From Escherichia coli (GTDB lineage: Bacteria; Pseudomonadota; Gammaproteobacteria; Enterobacterales; Enterobacteriaceae), in assembly GCF_009931435.1 (NCBI RefSeq), contig NZ_CP043414.1: DNA of 64,000 bases. The stretch is one strand, 5' to 3'. How positions within the stretch are numbered: the stretch's first letter is position 1; every line of letters starts with the position of its first letter. The translations under genes were made by a program, and so were the position numbers. Below are positions 40,048 through 51,647 of the stretch, piece after piece. A model generated the notes under the pieces. It saw only the letters and a program-made list of their open reading frames with translations, ran no database searches and was not told where the DNA came from.

Positions 40048-41001
40048 TTATTTGTTGAGCTGGAACAGCGACAATCCCTGCATATCGGTAAATGCTTTAT
40101 ACGATGCCTGCAATGCCGTTTGCTGCATGATGTAAGATGAAATAGTTGCATTCCAGTCCACATCAACCAGATCGCTCATCTGCTGCGTTTGCCCTAAAGC
40201 GCGATCGCTACCTAATGAATCCAGCGACTCCAGTTCGTTCAGCTGCGTGCCTAATTCCGCGCGAACGGTCAGCACATTATTCAGCGAATTTTTCAGTCCG
40301 CGGTTGGTTTTATCCAGTGTCGCAGCGGCGGTTTCTTTATCCGCTTCGCTATCCGCGACCGGCGTTTTCAGGGCTGCGATGGCGCTATCCAGCATGGCAA
40401 AAAGATTGGTTTCAGAAGCGCTACCGTCTGGTTCCGCTACCGCGTTGCTGGTAATACTGTCGAAAATTTTGTCACCCGTGTGCCCTATCACCATCGAACG
40501 CGAAGCATCGACCTGTTGTTTAATACTTTCTGCTCCGCCAACATATTCGCCGTCTGCCTCACTAAACGGCGCAGTTTCTGTTTTATAACCGGCAAAAATG
40601 TAGCGCCCGTTACCGTCAGTGGTGTTCGCCAGATTCAGCAACTGGTCACGAAGCCCCTGAATATCCGTAGCCAGTGAGGCCCGGTCATCGTCACTCAAGG
40701 TGCCATTGCTGGCGTAGACAATTTTTTCCTGAGCATTCTGGATAGCAGTGGTGACCTGGCTAAGCACACTCTCTTCCAGTGACACTTTTTGAGTGGCGAA
40801 AGTACGCGCCAGCGTGTACTGACTGTTTTGCGCCTGTGCCTGGGAGAGAACAACAGCTTGTGATGCAGCAATGGGATCATCTGAAGGGTTAACGACTCGC
40901 TTACCCGTCGACATCTGTTCGCCGTACTTCATCCATTCTGCCTGAGAATTGGTGATGCCACGCATGTTTTGCTGGTACATCATCTGGGTACTGAAACGCA
41001 T
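40048..41001 (-). CDS. flgL: Flagellar hook-associated protein 3 (HAP3)
   Basis: 317-aa ORF MRFSTQMMYQQNMRGITNSQAEW... Confidence 0.92.
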   Translation of the reverse strand: MRFSTQMMYQQNMRGITNSQAEWMKYGEQMSTGKRVVNPSDDPIAASQAVVLSQAQAQNSQYTLARTFATQKVSLEESVLSQVTTAIQNAQEKIVYASNGTLSDDDRASLATDIQGLRDQLLNLANTTDGNGRYIFAGYKTETAPFSEADGEYVGGAESIKQQVDASRSMVIGHTGDKIFDSITSNAVAEPDGSASETNLFAMLDSAIAALKTPVADSEADKETAAATLDKTNRGLKNSLNNVLTVRAELGTQLNELESLDSLGSDRALGQTQQMSDLVDVDWNATISSYIMQQTALQASYKAFTDMQGLSLFQLNK

Positions 41002-41012
41002 TTTATCTCCCC

Positions 41013-42656
41013 TTAGCGAATGTTAATCAGCGCATCAAAAATCGCGTTTGCCGTCTGCAGAACCTGCGCATTCGCCAGGTAATACTGCTGAAAACGTTGC
41101 AAATTTCCGTACTCCTCATCGAGATTGACACCGGAAATCGACTGCTGCTGATTGGAAAGCTGCGTCACCACATTACCTTGCGTGGCGCTACTGGTTTTCA
41201 ACGTCGCGGTTTTATTACCGATATCACTCACTAACGATGCATAAGCATCGTTAAAGGATTTCGCACCGCCCACCGTTTTACTGTTGCTTTGCAGATCCAG
41301 CAGGGCCTGACCGTTGCGGTTGTCGCTATCACCCGCATCTTCTTCGCTCGCCATGGCGATTTTCGCTTCGTCAGTGATTAATACATCCATGTTGACGATG
41401 GCGTCACTTACCGGTTTCAGCGTGAAGCTGTCGTTAACGGCAGGCGTTCCTGTAAACGTCAACTCCAGACCATCAAATGCCACTTTACCGTTGGCATCCG
41501 GCGCCACCGTAAAAGTGGTATTGCTGGCAAGGCGGGTGACCTGCCACTGATTATTATCGAACGAGATTTTGTAATCTGTCGCCAGTACCGCGGAGGCATC
41601 AGTTACCGTTGCACCGATCGCAACGCCACCATTGTTGTTAGTATTTTGCAGAACCGCGGGCTTACCGATAGCAAAGAAATCCTCCCCTTCTTTACCATTG
41701 GCATCATACCCCTTGTTATGTTGGGCATTGAAAGCCTCGGCAAATGCCAGCGCCAGTTGTCCGAGCGTATTACGCGTCTGGTCGAGATCCTGAGAACGAA
41801 ATGTCAGAATACCGCCCAGTGACCCGGTATTCAGCAATTTCTCCGGGATCTCAAGATTGCCCGCAGTCCCATCAACATAAGCGACAGTCGTACGAGAAGG
41901 GTCGGCGCTGGAAGGAACTGCCGCCAGCTGCCGCGCCGTACTACCCTGAACCAGTGAGTAGCCATTGGCCATCGTGATGTTATAAGTGCCACCATCCTGA
42001 ACGCTGACTTCTACGCCAACAATCTGGTTTAATTCGCTCACCAGTTGATCGCGTTGATCCAGCAGATTGTTAGGTGACGCCCCTGCCCCCACGCCTGTCA
42101 GGCGGGAGATCTGATCGTTCAGGCTGGCGATTTGTTTAGCGTAATTGTTGATCTGATCAACGCTGGCACCTATCGCGATATTGACCTGTTTGTCCTGGTC
42201 GCGCAGATATTGATCGGTGGTTTTAAACTGATTCACCAACCCTTCTGATTTCCCAATCAGCGCCTGGCGTGCTGCCGGGTCTTCCGCGTTACTTACCAGC
42301 GTTTGCAGGCTGGTGAAGAAATCCTGCATCTGTGTTGCCAGCGAAGAGGTACTGGTGGAGAGCATATTGTCGATTTTCGACATCTGCTCATAGCGGGCAG
42401 TCAGGCCGCTACTTTGCGTCTGCGCAGCACGTAACTGGTTGGTAATAAACGCATCATACTCACGCTGCACACCAGAAACGTAGACGCCATTGCCAACCCA
42501 GCCACCCGCGCCCAACGTGCTGTTGGCCTGCGCCATAATAGTGGTTTGGCGGGTATATCCGGCAACGTTATAGCTGGAAATATTATTACTTGCCGTATTT
42601 AACGCCGCCTGAGCCGCGTTCAGTCCGCTCATGGCGTTATTGATCAAGCTGGACAT
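41013..42656 (-). CDS. flgK: Flagellar hook-associated protein 1 (HAP1)
   Basis: 547-aa ORF MSSLINNAMSGLNAAQAALNTASNNISS... Confidence 0.92.
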   Translation of the reverse strand: MSSLINNAMSGLNAAQAALNTASNNISSYNVAGYTRQTTIMAQANSTLGAGGWVGNGVYVSGVQREYDAFITNQLRAAQTQSSGLTARYEQMSKIDNMLSTSTSSLATQMQDFFTSLQTLVSNAEDPAARQALIGKSEGLVNQFKTTDQYLRDQDKQVNIAIGASVDQINNYAKQIASLNDQISRLTGVGAGASPNNLLDQRDQLVSELNQIVGVEVSVQDGGTYNITMANGYSLVQGSTARQLAAVPSSADPSRTTVAYVDGTAGNLEIPEKLLNTGSLGGILTFRSQDLDQTRNTLGQLALAFAEAFNAQHNKGYDANGKEGEDFFAIGKPAVLQNTNNNGGVAIGATVTDASAVLATDYKISFDNNQWQVTRLASNTTFTVAPDANGKVAFDGLELTFTGTPAVNDSFTLKPVSDAIVNMDVLITDEAKIAMASEEDAGDSDNRNGQALLDLQSNSKTVGGAKSFNDAYASLVSDIGNKTATLKTSSATQGNVVTQLSNQQQSISGVNLDEEYGNLQRFQQYYLANAQVLQTANAIFDALINIR

Positions 42657-42689
42657 GGAGGTTCCTTATAAGCCTTCAATTACAGAGTA

Positions 42690-42716
42690 TTATCGGCAGC
42701 GACACGCCGGACTTGA
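42690..42716 (-). promoter_or_regulatory. Candidate sigma28 (class 3) promoter for flgKL
   Basis: Minus strand reads tcaagtcc-N11-GCCGATAA: perfect sigma28 -10 element, 5/8 match at -35, about 35 nt upstream of the flgK ATG. Confidence 0.45.
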
Positions 42717-42721
42717 GTTAT

Positions 42722-43663
42722 TCAGAACAGATTATCAATGTTCATGCTGTAGGTTTTGCTCACCTTGTCGCTTATCGATTTCATCTGCTGAATCATGCTG
42801 GTGAGTTTGCGGGCATAGTGAGGATCGGTGGCATAGCCCGCGTCCTGTAGGGCCTGCGCCCCCTGCTCCGCACTCGCGGCGGTCGTCACGGCAGCGTAGC
42901 GCGGGTTACGTGTTAATAGCCCAACGTAATCCGACAATGCTTCCAGATACGAGCTGTAGACCCGAAACTTCGCTTTTACTTTCTTCGCTTCGCCATTTTC
43001 ATATTCAGTCGTGGTGATTTCAGTGACTGGCCCTTTCCAGTTGCCAGAGGCTTTGACGCCAAACAGGTTATAGCTCGGCTCGCCGTTTTCACGGCGGATT
43101 TGCCGTTGTCCCCAGCCAGATTCCAGCGCCGCCTGAGCGAGGATCAAATGATGTGGCACACCGCTTTGCTGGCTTGCCAGTTGGGCGGGCAACGAGAGTT
43201 GCGCGAGGAATGCTTTACTGTCACCCGGCAGCGAATCATCGTAGTTACGTGGTACGGCCTTTTGCACCAGCTGCGAAAGCGTCTGATTTTGATAACGCAC
43301 CACGGTTTCGAGCGGGAATTTCATCGGTGCTGCTGGCGTGGACTCCTCTGGCGATGGTTGTTCTGGCGTCATCTGTTTAACCATCATCTCTGCCAGCCCC
43401 AGACCTTTGCCCGCCGTCATCTGTTGGGCAATCTGCTGGTCATACATACTGGTATACAGGCGAGTGTGCTCGCTGCTGAACAGGCCATCTTTTGGTAAAG
43501 CGTCGCGCATGCTTTTCAACATCATCTGCACGAACATCCCTTCCACCTGGCGGGCCACCGGACGGATATTTGCCGCCGGATCTTCGCCCGCTTTCGCCTT
43601 AAGTTCGTTGAGCGATTGTGCATCCCAGGCCGCACTTGCCAGTAGTTTGCTGTCGCTGATCAT
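42722..43663 (-). CDS. flgJ: Flagellar rod-assembly protein / peptidoglycan hydrolase FlgJ
   Basis: Start at internal ATG ([22 protein letters not shown]) gives 313 aa; its ATG shares a nucleotide with the flgI stop (TGATG). Confidence 0.9.
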   Translation of the reverse strand: MISDSKLLASAAWDAQSLNELKAKAGEDPAANIRPVARQVEGMFVQMMLKSMRDALPKDGLFSSEHTRLYTSMYDQQIAQQMTAGKGLGLAEMMVKQMTPEQPSPEESTPAAPMKFPLETVVRYQNQTLSQLVQKAVPRNYDDSLPGDSKAFLAQLSLPAQLASQQSGVPHHLILAQAALESGWGQRQIRRENGEPSYNLFGVKASGNWKGPVTEITTTEYENGEAKKVKAKFRVYSSYLEALSDYVGLLTRNPRYAAVTTAASAEQGAQALQDAGYATDPHYARKLTSMIQQMKSISDKVSKTYSMNIDNLF

Positions 43664-44760
43664 CAGATGATTTCCAGTTTTGCCCGCAGACATCCCGCAC
43701 TTTGCATTGATTGCAGTATGGACATCAGATCCATCGGCGTAGCGCCCAGCGCATTGAGCGCACGCACCACGTTATTGAGGCTGGCGCTGGAACGTACGCT
43801 TTGCAGCGAACCGCCGCTCTGGCGTAAATCGATCTGCGTCTGTGGAGTAACCACAGTCTGCCCGCCACCAAACGGTGTATCTGGCTGGCTGACATTGGCC
43901 TGCCGATTTACCGTAACCGAGAGATTCCCCTGCGCTACCGCGCAGCTGTCGAGGGTCACTTCGCGATTCATCACCACCGAACCAGTGCGCGAGTTAATCA
44001 CTACTTTAGCGTCCTGCGGGGAGACATTAACCTGCATATTCTGGATATCGGCAAGGAAACGGACCTGGGAACTGTTGCCACTCGGTACGCGCACCTGAAT
44101 AGTCCGCGCATCTAACGCGGTGGCGCTGCCATATCCACGCACGCGGTTGATGGTGTCAGCGATTTGCTGCGCCATACTGAAATCTTCGTCGTTAAGTTGC
44201 AAATTAAGGGTATTCCCGACGCCAAACTGGCTGGGCAATTCACGTTCAATAACCGCACCATTGGTGATCCGTCCACCGTTCAGTTGGTTCACCTGAACAC
44301 TGCTACCGCCAGCGGAGGCCCCTGCGCCGCCAACCAGAATATTGCCCTGTGCCAGCGCATACACCTGACTGTCAACGCCCTTAAGCGGTGTCATCAATAA
44401 CGTACCGCCACGCAGACTTTTGGCATTTCCCATGGAAGAAACCACCACGTCAATGGTTTGCCCCTGACGTCCAAACGGTGGAAGTGACGCCGTCACCATT
44501 ACCGCAGCGACGTTTTTTAGCTGCATATTAGTGCCCGTCGGAACGGTAATTCCCAGCTGTGAGAGCATGTTATTAAGCGTTTGTGTGGTAAACGGCGTCT
44601 GAGTTGTCTGGTCACCGGTGCCATCCAGCCCCACCACCAGGCCATAGCCAATCAGTGAGTTTTGCCTTACCCCCTGAACACTGGTGAGATCGCGAATACG
44701 CTCAGCCTGAGCTGCCGTGATAACCAGTAGAAGAATTAATGCAGAGAGAAATTTAATCAC
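43663..44760 (-). CDS. flgI: Flagellar P-ring protein
   Basis: Signal peptide; start placed at the second of two tandem GTG codons to give 365 aa. Confidence 0.9.
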   Translation of the reverse strand: MIKFLSALILLLVITAAQAERIRDLTSVQGVRQNSLIGYGLVVGLDGTGDQTTQTPFTTQTLNNMLSQLGITVPTGTNMQLKNVAAVMVTASLPPFGRQGQTIDVVVSSMGNAKSLRGGTLLMTPLKGVDSQVYALAQGNILVGGAGASAGGSSVQVNQLNGGRITNGAVIERELPSQFGVGNTLNLQLNDEDFSMAQQIADTINRVRGYGSATALDARTIQVRVPSGNSSQVRFLADIQNMQVNVSPQDAKVVINSRTGSVVMNREVTLDSCAVAQGNLSVTVNRQANVSQPDTPFGGGQTVVTPQTQIDLRQSGGSLQSVRSSASLNNVVRALNALGATPMDLMSILQSMQSAGCLRAKLEII

Positions 44761-44771
44761 CACAGCCTCAC

Positions 44772-45470
44772 TTACATTGGCGACAGGTTAAGGAAGAAAC
44801 GCTGCAACCAGCCCATATTTTGCGCTTCGTTAATGTAGCCATTGCCTACGTATTCAATGCGCGCATCCGCCACCTGAGTAGACGGTACGGTATTACTGCC
44901 GCTGATGGTGCGAGGATTAACTACACCAGAGAAGCGAATAAATTCGGTACCCTGATTAATGGCGATCTGTTTTTCACCCACCACATGCAGGTTGCCGTTG
45001 ACCAGTACCTGGTCAACCGTCACCGTCAACGTGCCGCTAAAGGTATTGCTGGCATTGGCCCCGCCTTTTCCGTTGAACGTGTTGCCACCAGAGGCTTCGA
45101 CATCGGCACGAGCGTTACCAAACAGCCCCTGCAAATAGCGCGGCACAGTATCAAAGCCAAAATTAGTTTTACCGTCACGGCTGGCATTCGCAGAGGAGCT
45201 TTTGCTGGCGCTGACGTTCTCCTGCAACACGATGGTCAGCGTATCGCCAATATTGCGTGGTCGACGATCTTCAAACAGCGGTTGATAGCCATAGTTAATC
45301 GGCTGAGCAGACTGGAAAATAGAACCGTTGGCGACGGGCGTCGGACCGGGAACCGGTTGTGCACTGGTCGCCCCCTGTACCAGCGGCGTGGAGGGTATCC
45401 AGGCGCAGCCGGTTAGTGAAAGCACCAACAAGCTGGAAATGGCATAAGTATGCGCAGCGTTTTTTTGCAT
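44772..45470 (-). CDS. flgH: Flagellar L-ring lipoprotein
   Basis: Start at internal ATG ([22 protein letters not shown], lipobox LTGC) gives 232 aa. Confidence 0.9.
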   Translation of the reverse strand: MQKNAAHTYAISSLLVLSLTGCAWIPSTPLVQGATSAQPVPGPTPVANGSIFQSAQPINYGYQPLFEDRRPRNIGDTLTIVLQENVSASKSSSANASRDGKTNFGFDTVPRYLQGLFGNARADVEASGGNTFNGKGGANASNTFSGTLTVTVDQVLVNGNLHVVGEKQIAINQGTEFIRFSGVVNPRTISGSNTVPSTQVADARIEYVGNGYINEAQNMGWLQRFFLNLSPM

Positions 45471-45522
45471 GGCTATCATCTTCAAAAATCAGTAACCCGG
45501 TGAATCTGCCACCGGTTATGCC

Positions 45523-46323
<801 letters not shown>

Positions 46324-46350
46324 TTATTGACAAAATGCATATGTCTTCAT

Positions 46351-46384
<34 letters not shown>

Positions 46385-46475
46385 AAGGTATAGAAAAATC
46401 AATAAATTGCGATGTACCCCGTAGACCGATAAGTTTGCACACCGGGCAACTTACGTTTGTCATGTATCCGTTCAA

Positions 46476-47231
46476 TTAACTCATCGACAGCAGTTGGTTG
46501 GCACGGCCTGCGTTATCATCGACGCTGCTGATCACCTTCATCTGCATTTCAAAACGCCGCGCGCTGGCAATCATGTCGCTCATTGCCGCAACGGCATTGA
46601 CGTTACTGCCTTCCAGAACCCCCGACATCACACGTAAGGTTGGATCTGCCTGCAGTACCGGCCCACGCGTAGCCTGGCTTTCTGCGCTTAAACGAAAAAT
46701 GCCGTCGTCACCGCGCTGCACTTCGCTGCCCGTGGCTTTCACCAGCTTCAGACGCCCCACTGGTGCAACCGTATTTGCCGGATCGCCAGAATTCAGCGCT
46801 GAGATTGTGCCATCGGCAGCAACAGTGATTTCCGCCCCTTCCGGCACAGCAATTGGCCCCGCCTCGCCGATCACCGGATGCCCCTGAATTGTCAGTTGCC
46901 CGGTGGGATCAACCTGAATGCTGCCATTACGCGTATACCCTTCGCTACCGTCATCGGTCTGCACGGCCAGCCAGCCGTCCTGCTGCAACGCGACGTCCAG
47001 CGGGCGCGAGGTGTAATCCATCTTACCGGGCGTCATGTCAGCACCCGGTGTTGACGCCGTAACCAGCGTGCGCGTGGGTAGTGAAAGCCCTTCCACCGGC
47101 ACTGCACGCAAGGCGTTTAACTGTGCGCGAAAACCGGGCGTAGAGGCATTGGCCAGATTACTGGCGGTCACCGCCTGTTGATTCAGCGTCTGGCTGGCTG
47201 CCCCCATCGCGGTATAAATTGCGTGATCCAT
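46476..47231 (-). CDS. flgF: Flagellar proximal rod protein
   Basis: 251-aa ORF MDHAIYTAMGAASQTLNQQAVTASNLANASTPGFRAQ... Confidence 0.92.
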   Translation of the reverse strand: MDHAIYTAMGAASQTLNQQAVTASNLANASTPGFRAQLNALRAVPVEGLSLPTRTLVTASTPGADMTPGKMDYTSRPLDVALQQDGWLAVQTDDGSEGYTRNGSIQVDPTGQLTIQGHPVIGEAGPIAVPEGAEITVAADGTISALNSGDPANTVAPVGRLKLVKATGSEVQRGDDGIFRLSAESQATRGPVLQADPTLRVMSGVLEGSNVNAVAAMSDMIASARRFEMQMKVISSVDDNAGRANQLLSMS

Positions 47232-47250
47232 TGAGCTATCCCGTCAGCGA

Positions 47251-48456
47251 TTAGCGTAAGTTAACCAGCGTGTTGAGGATCTGGTCCTGGGTTTTGATGG
47301 TCTGGGCGTTAGACTGATAGTTACGCTGGGCAACGATCATATTGACCAGTTCTTTGCTGAGATCGACATTGGACGCTTCCAGCGCACCGTTGGTCAGGGT
47401 GCCAAAGTTGCCCGTCCCGGCTGTCCCCAACAGCGCCACGCCAGAAGATTGCGTCGCAGACCAGACGTTGTCGCCTTCGGATGCCAGACCTTCGTTGTTG
47501 GCAAAGTTCGCCAGTACAATCTGCCCCAGCAGTTGGGTTTGTTCGTTGGAATAGTTGCCGACAACCGTACCGTCATCATTGATTTGATAACTCACCAGAT
47601 CGCCCGGTTTGTAGCCGTTCTGGGTGGTTGCCACAATGTTGTTAGCACCGGTATTTTGCTGCATGGAGTTGAGGAAGCTCAGGCTAAACGTGGCGGGATC
47701 TGCGCCGTTAATTGCTCCGGTGGTAATATCCTTTGTTGGATCTGAGGTCAGAACGCCATTGGCATTAAACACCAGCGTCGTTGCAGGGTTAGCTGTGCCT
47801 TTTGGATCACTGCTATCCAGGGTGTAAACATCCCAGTTATTATCCCCGGTCTTCACAAAATAAACGCTCATATCATGAGCATTACCCTGACTATCGAAAA
47901 CAGTCACCGAACCTTTTTTGTTATAGCTATCCGCATTGCTGGCATCGAATCCTTTAACAGAGGGAAGCGGATCACTGGAATTCAGGTTGATCTGCATCGA
48001 CGCCGTGGTGGTAGTTTTCGCTGCCATCAGGGTATTCGGGATCGAAATATTGGTCGGATTCGCCCCTTGTTGAATAGTCGGCGGCGTACCGGTTGCCGGA
48101 TACCCCGTCAGCTGTAATCCTTGCATGTTCACCAGGTTACGATTTTCATCAAGCTTAAATTGTCCATTACGGCTGTAAAAAACCGAACCATTGCTGTCTA
48201 CCAGACGGAAAAAACCATTCTGGCTGATAGCAACGTCCAGACCTCGCCCGGTGTTGGTGGTCGTGCCATCGGTAAAGTCCTGAGTGATACCGGCAACTTT
48301 TACCCCCAGTCCCACTTTCGAACCGGCAAACATATCGGCAAAAGAGGCCGTGCCTGATTTAAAGCCGTAGGTGGCGGAGTTGGCGATATTGTTGCCAATA
48401 ACATCGAGGTTGGTGGCGGCAGCGTTTAATCCGCTAACCGCTTGAGAAAAGGCCAT
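47251..48456 (-). CDS. flgE: Flagellar hook protein
   Basis: 401-aa ORF MAFSQAVSGLNAAATNLDVIGNNIANSATYGFK... Confidence 0.92.
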   Translation of the reverse strand: MAFSQAVSGLNAAATNLDVIGNNIANSATYGFKSGTASFADMFAGSKVGLGVKVAGITQDFTDGTTTNTGRGLDVAISQNGFFRLVDSNGSVFYSRNGQFKLDENRNLVNMQGLQLTGYPATGTPPTIQQGANPTNISIPNTLMAAKTTTTASMQINLNSSDPLPSVKGFDASNADSYNKKGSVTVFDSQGNAHDMSVYFVKTGDNNWDVYTLDSSDPKGTANPATTLVFNANGVLTSDPTKDITTGAINGADPATFSLSFLNSMQQNTGANNIVATTQNGYKPGDLVSYQINDDGTVVGNYSNEQTQLLGQIVLANFANNEGLASEGDNVWSATQSSGVALLGTAGTGNFGTLTNGALEASNVDLSKELVNMIVAQRNYQSNAQTIKTQDQILNTLVNLR

Positions 48457-48481
48457 GACTGACTCCTGAAATTTGAGGGCT

Positions 48482-49177
48482 TTAAATTATCTGCCGTACT
48501 TCGTCGAGGGTGGTGGTGCCGTAAGTGCCGAGATCCAGCGTATTACCGTTGTTGCCGCGGATCACACCCTGCACCAGAGCAAACTGCAGCGGCTGGGCAA
48601 CCAGTTGTGTACCACCGCTACTGGCGCTAATCGCTACATTGTAAGAACCGTTCGGCGCAGTGCTGCCGTCAGTCAACGTACCGTCCCAGGTGAAACTGTG
48701 GACTCCGGCAGTCAGTTCACCGATATCAATGGTACGGACAACCGCGCCGTTTTTATCGGTGATGGTGGCCGTAACTTTGTCTGCCGCCTGCTGCAACTCA
48801 ACACCAAACGGTGTGGTCGTGGTCACAGCCCCTTCTTCACTGCCGGTTCCGGCAAGAACTGTGGTGCCGGGGATCATCACACCGTGACCGATCAGGTTAC
48901 TGGCCTGTAACGACTGGCTGTTATCAATCTGTCCGGAAATAGATCCGAGCGTGGTATTGAGTTTTTCAATCCCGCTGACCGTGCTGATTTGTGCCAATTG
49001 CGACGTCAGCTCGTTGTTTTCCATTGGATTGGTCGGGTCCTGGTTTTTCAGCTGCGCCACCAGCAAAGTCAGAAAACTGCTTTGTAAATCTGCGGCGTTG
49101 CTACCCGTGAGTGAGCTACTGCTGGTGGTGCTGACGCCGGTATTTGTCGGATCGGTGGTGGTTACCGCAATGGACAT
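48482..49177 (-). CDS. flgD: Flagellar hook-capping protein
   Basis: 231-aa ORF at the conserved position between flgC and flgE. Confidence 0.9.
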   Translation of the reverse strand: MSIAVTTTDPTNTGVSTTSSSSLTGSNAADLQSSFLTLLVAQLKNQDPTNPMENNELTSQLAQISTVSGIEKLNTTLGSISGQIDNSQSLQASNLIGHGVMIPGTTVLAGTGSEEGAVTTTTPFGVELQQAADKVTATITDKNGAVVRTIDIGELTAGVHSFTWDGTLTDGSTAPNGSYNVAISASSGGTQLVAQPLQFALVQGVIRGNNGNTLDLGTYGTTTLDEVRQII

Positions 49178-49188
49178 AGATTTCTCCT

Positions 49189-49593
49189 TTATTGACCAAG
49201 CGTAAGGGTTTTCAGCATCATGCTTTTCACCGTGTTGAGCACTTCAACATTGGCCTGATAGCTGCGTGACGCCGACATGGTGTTAACCATCTCGCCGACA
49301 ACATCAACGTTTGGCATTTTCACGTAGCCCTTTGCATCCGCCAGCGGATTACCCGGTTCATAAACCAGTTTGTCCGGAGCCTGACTTTCTATAACATCGG
49401 CAACCTTTACGCCGCCTGTCGCAGCGCCTGGCGCAGCGTTCACCTGGAATACCACCTGTTTTGCCCGATATGGCTGTCCATCGGGACCGGTCACGCTATC
49501 AGCATTCGCCAGATTACTGGCCGCCACATTCAGGCGCTGGGACTGGGCAGTTAACGCCGACCCGGCGATATCAAAAATGTTCAGCAGTGCCAT
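49189..49593 (-). CDS. flgC: Flagellar proximal rod protein
   Basis: 134-aa [36 protein letters not shown]... Confidence 0.92.
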
Positions 49594-49596
49594 CCG

Positions 49597-50013
49597 TTAA
49601 TTTCCGCTCTGTAAAACGTTCATCATGCCTTTGATTTGCCCGCTCAACGCGCTAAGGCTCATCTGGTATTGCAGGCTGTTATCGGCAAACTGAGTGCGTT
49701 CGCGATCCATATCGACGGTATTACCGTCCAGCGAAGGCTGGTCCGGAATACGGTATTGCAGTTCTGCGGTAGGAGGCGTCAGCGCCTGCGCCGGAATGTG
49801 TTGCGTTGAGGTCATCGTCAGCGCAACCATGCTGGTTTCATCCCGTCCACGCTGCATGACCTTTTTAAGTTCACTGGCAAAATCGATATCGCGTGCCTGA
49901 TAACCAGGGGTATCGGCATTGGCGATGTTTGCTGCCAGCACTTCCTGACGCTGGGCGCGCAGATTGAGCGCCTCTTGTTGAAAACGTAAGGCGGCGTCGA
50001 GCTTATCGAGCAT
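49597..50013 (-). CDS. flgB: Flagellar proximal rod protein
   Basis: 138-aa [45 protein letters not shown]... Confidence 0.92.
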   Translation of the reverse strand: MLDKLDAALRFQQEALNLRAQRQEVLAANIANADTPGYQARDIDFASELKKVMQRGRDETSMVALTMTSTQHIPAQALTPPTAELQYRIPDQPSLDGNTVDMDRERTQFADNSLQYQMSLSALSGQIKGMMNVLQSGN

Positions 50014-50167
50014 ATCTCCTCCGCAAGTATCAAAATTCTGCCATCAGCTTAAATGCCTTTACGCGCGCGTTATCGGCGGAATAAACGCAAAATGGGTCGC
50101 TATTTATGCCGTTGATGGTCATTGCGTACAGGTACAATTCACGTTGTAGAAATGGCTGGGAGCGAAA
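50014..50167. promoter_or_regulatory. Divergent flgB / flgA class 2 (FlhDC-dependent) promoter region
   Basis: 154-bp gap between divergent flgB and flgA; the FlhD4C2 box itself is not resolved. Confidence 0.5.
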
Positions 50168-50827
50168 ATGCTGACAATAAAACGTAGCGTGGCGATCATT
50201 GCGATACTGTTCAGTCCGTTAAGTACGGCGAGCAATCTCACATCGCAGTTACAAACCTTTTTTAGCGCCCAGCTCGCGGGAGTAAGTGATGAGGTTCGTG
50301 TTTCTATTCGTACATCGCCCCATCTACTTCCGCCGTGCGAGCAACCACTGCTTTCGATAAGCAATAATTCCCGCCTGTGGGGAAATGTGAATGTGCTGGC
50401 ACGCTGCGGTAACGACAAACGATATTTGCAAGTCAATGTACAGGCCACAGGAAATTATGTGGTTGCCGCGATGCCCATTGTGCGGGGAGGAAAGCTGGAA
50501 GCTGGCAATGTAAAACTGAAACGCGGACGACTGGACACCTTGCCGCCGCGTACTGTGTTGGATATCAATCAACTTATTGATGCCGTTAGCCTGCGCGATC
50601 TATCACCCGAACAACCTATCCAATTAACCCAGTTGCGCCAGGCCTGGCGTGTAAAAGCGGGACAACGCGTCAACGTGATCGCCAACGGTGATGGATTTAG
50701 CGCCAACGCTGAAGGTCAGGCGTTGAACAATGCTGCCGTCGCACAGAATGCGCGGGTGCGCATGGTATCGGGACAGGTGGTCAGCGGCGTTGTTGATGCA
50801 GATGGGAATATTCTTATAAACCTGTAA
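50168..50827 (+). CDS. flgA: Flagellar P-ring assembly chaperone
   Basis: 219-aa ORF with signal peptide. Confidence 0.9.
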   Translation: MLTIKRSVAIIAILFSPLSTASNLTSQLQTFFSAQLAGVSDEVRVSIRTSPHLLPPCEQPLLSISNNSRLWGNVNVLARCGNDKRYLQVNVQATGNYVVAAMPIVRGGKLEAGNVKLKRGRLDTLPPRTVLDINQLIDAVSLRDLSPEQPIQLTQLRQAWRVKAGQRVNVIANGDGFSANAEGQALNNAAVAQNARVRMVSGQVVSGVVDADGNILINL

Positions 50828-50831
50828 GCTG

Positions 50832-50858
50832 TTAAAGATTACCCGACCCATGCCGATA
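50832..50858 (+). promoter_or_regulatory. sigma28 (FliA) class 3 promoter for flgMN
   Basis: TAAAGATT-N11-GCCGATAA: 7/8 match at -35, perfect -10, exact 11-nt spacer, about 45 nt upstream of the flgM ATG. Confidence 0.75.
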
Positions 50859-50902
50859 AATAAGCAACACATGATAAAAGCGCCCTCAATGAGGAATAAA
50901 CC

Positions 50903-51196
50903 ATGAGTATTGACCGCACTTCACCTCTGAAGCCCGTAAGCACCGTTCAACCGCGTGAAACCACTGACGCGCCGGTAACGAATACCCGGGCGGCAAAAAC
51001 AACCGCCGCCACCAGCACCAGTGTGACGTTAAGCGACGCGCAAGCAAAACTAATGCAACCCGGCAGCAGTGATATCAATCTTGAACGTGTCGAAGCGTTA
51101 AAACTGGCGATTCGTAACGGTGAACTAAAAATGGACACCGGCAAAATTGCCGATGCGCTAATCAACGAAGCGCAGCAAGACTTGCAGAGTAACTGA
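50903..51196 (+). CDS. flgM: Anti-sigma-28 factor
   Basis: 97-aa [28 protein letters not shown]... Confidence 0.92.
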   Translation: MSIDRTSPLKPVSTVQPRETTDAPVTNTRAAKTTAATSTSVTLSDAQAKLMQPGSSDINLERVEALKLAIRNGELKMDTGKIADALINEAQQDLQSN

Positions 51197-51200
51197 TCGT

Positions 51201-51617
51201 ATGACGCGTCTTGCAGAGATCCTCGACCAGATGTCCGCAGTGCTTAACGATCTCAAAACAGTAATGGATCAAGAGCAGCAACATCTCTCAATGGGGCAGA
51301 TCAACGGCAGCCAGTTGCAATGGATTACAGAACAAAAAAGCTCACTGCTGGCGACGTTGGATTACCTCGAACAGTTACGCAGAAAAGAACCCAATGCAGA
51401 AAATAGCGTTGATATTAGTCAACGTTGGCAGGAAATTACGGTGCAAACTCAGCAACTACGTCAAATGAATCAACATAATGGCTGGTTACTGGAAGGACAG
51501 ATTGAGCGCAATCAACAGGCGCTGGAAATGTTAAAACCGCATCAGGAACCGACGCTGTACGGGGCGAACGGTCAGACATCAATACCCCATCGCGGCAGTA
51601 AAAAGATTTCGATCTGA
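51201..51617 (+). CDS. flgN: Flagellar export chaperone for FlgK/FlgL
   Basis: 138-aa ORF starting 4 nt after the flgM stop. Confidence 0.9.
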   Translation: MTRLAEILDQMSAVLNDLKTVMDQEQQHLSMGQINGSQLQWITEQKSSLLATLDYLEQLRRKEPNAENSVDISQRWQEITVQTQQLRQMNQHNGWLLEGQIERNQQALEMLKPHQEPTLYGANGQTSIPHRGSKKISI

Positions 51618-51626
51618 AGATTATCT

Positions 51627-51647
51627 CCGGCCTGCAGTGCAGGCCGG
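51627..51647. terminator. Palindrome in the flgN/murJ convergent gap, possible bidirectional terminator
   Basis: Near-perfect palindrome ccggcctgca-g-tgcaggccgg; no adjacent T/U run on either strand, so the function is uncertain. Confidence 0.35.
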
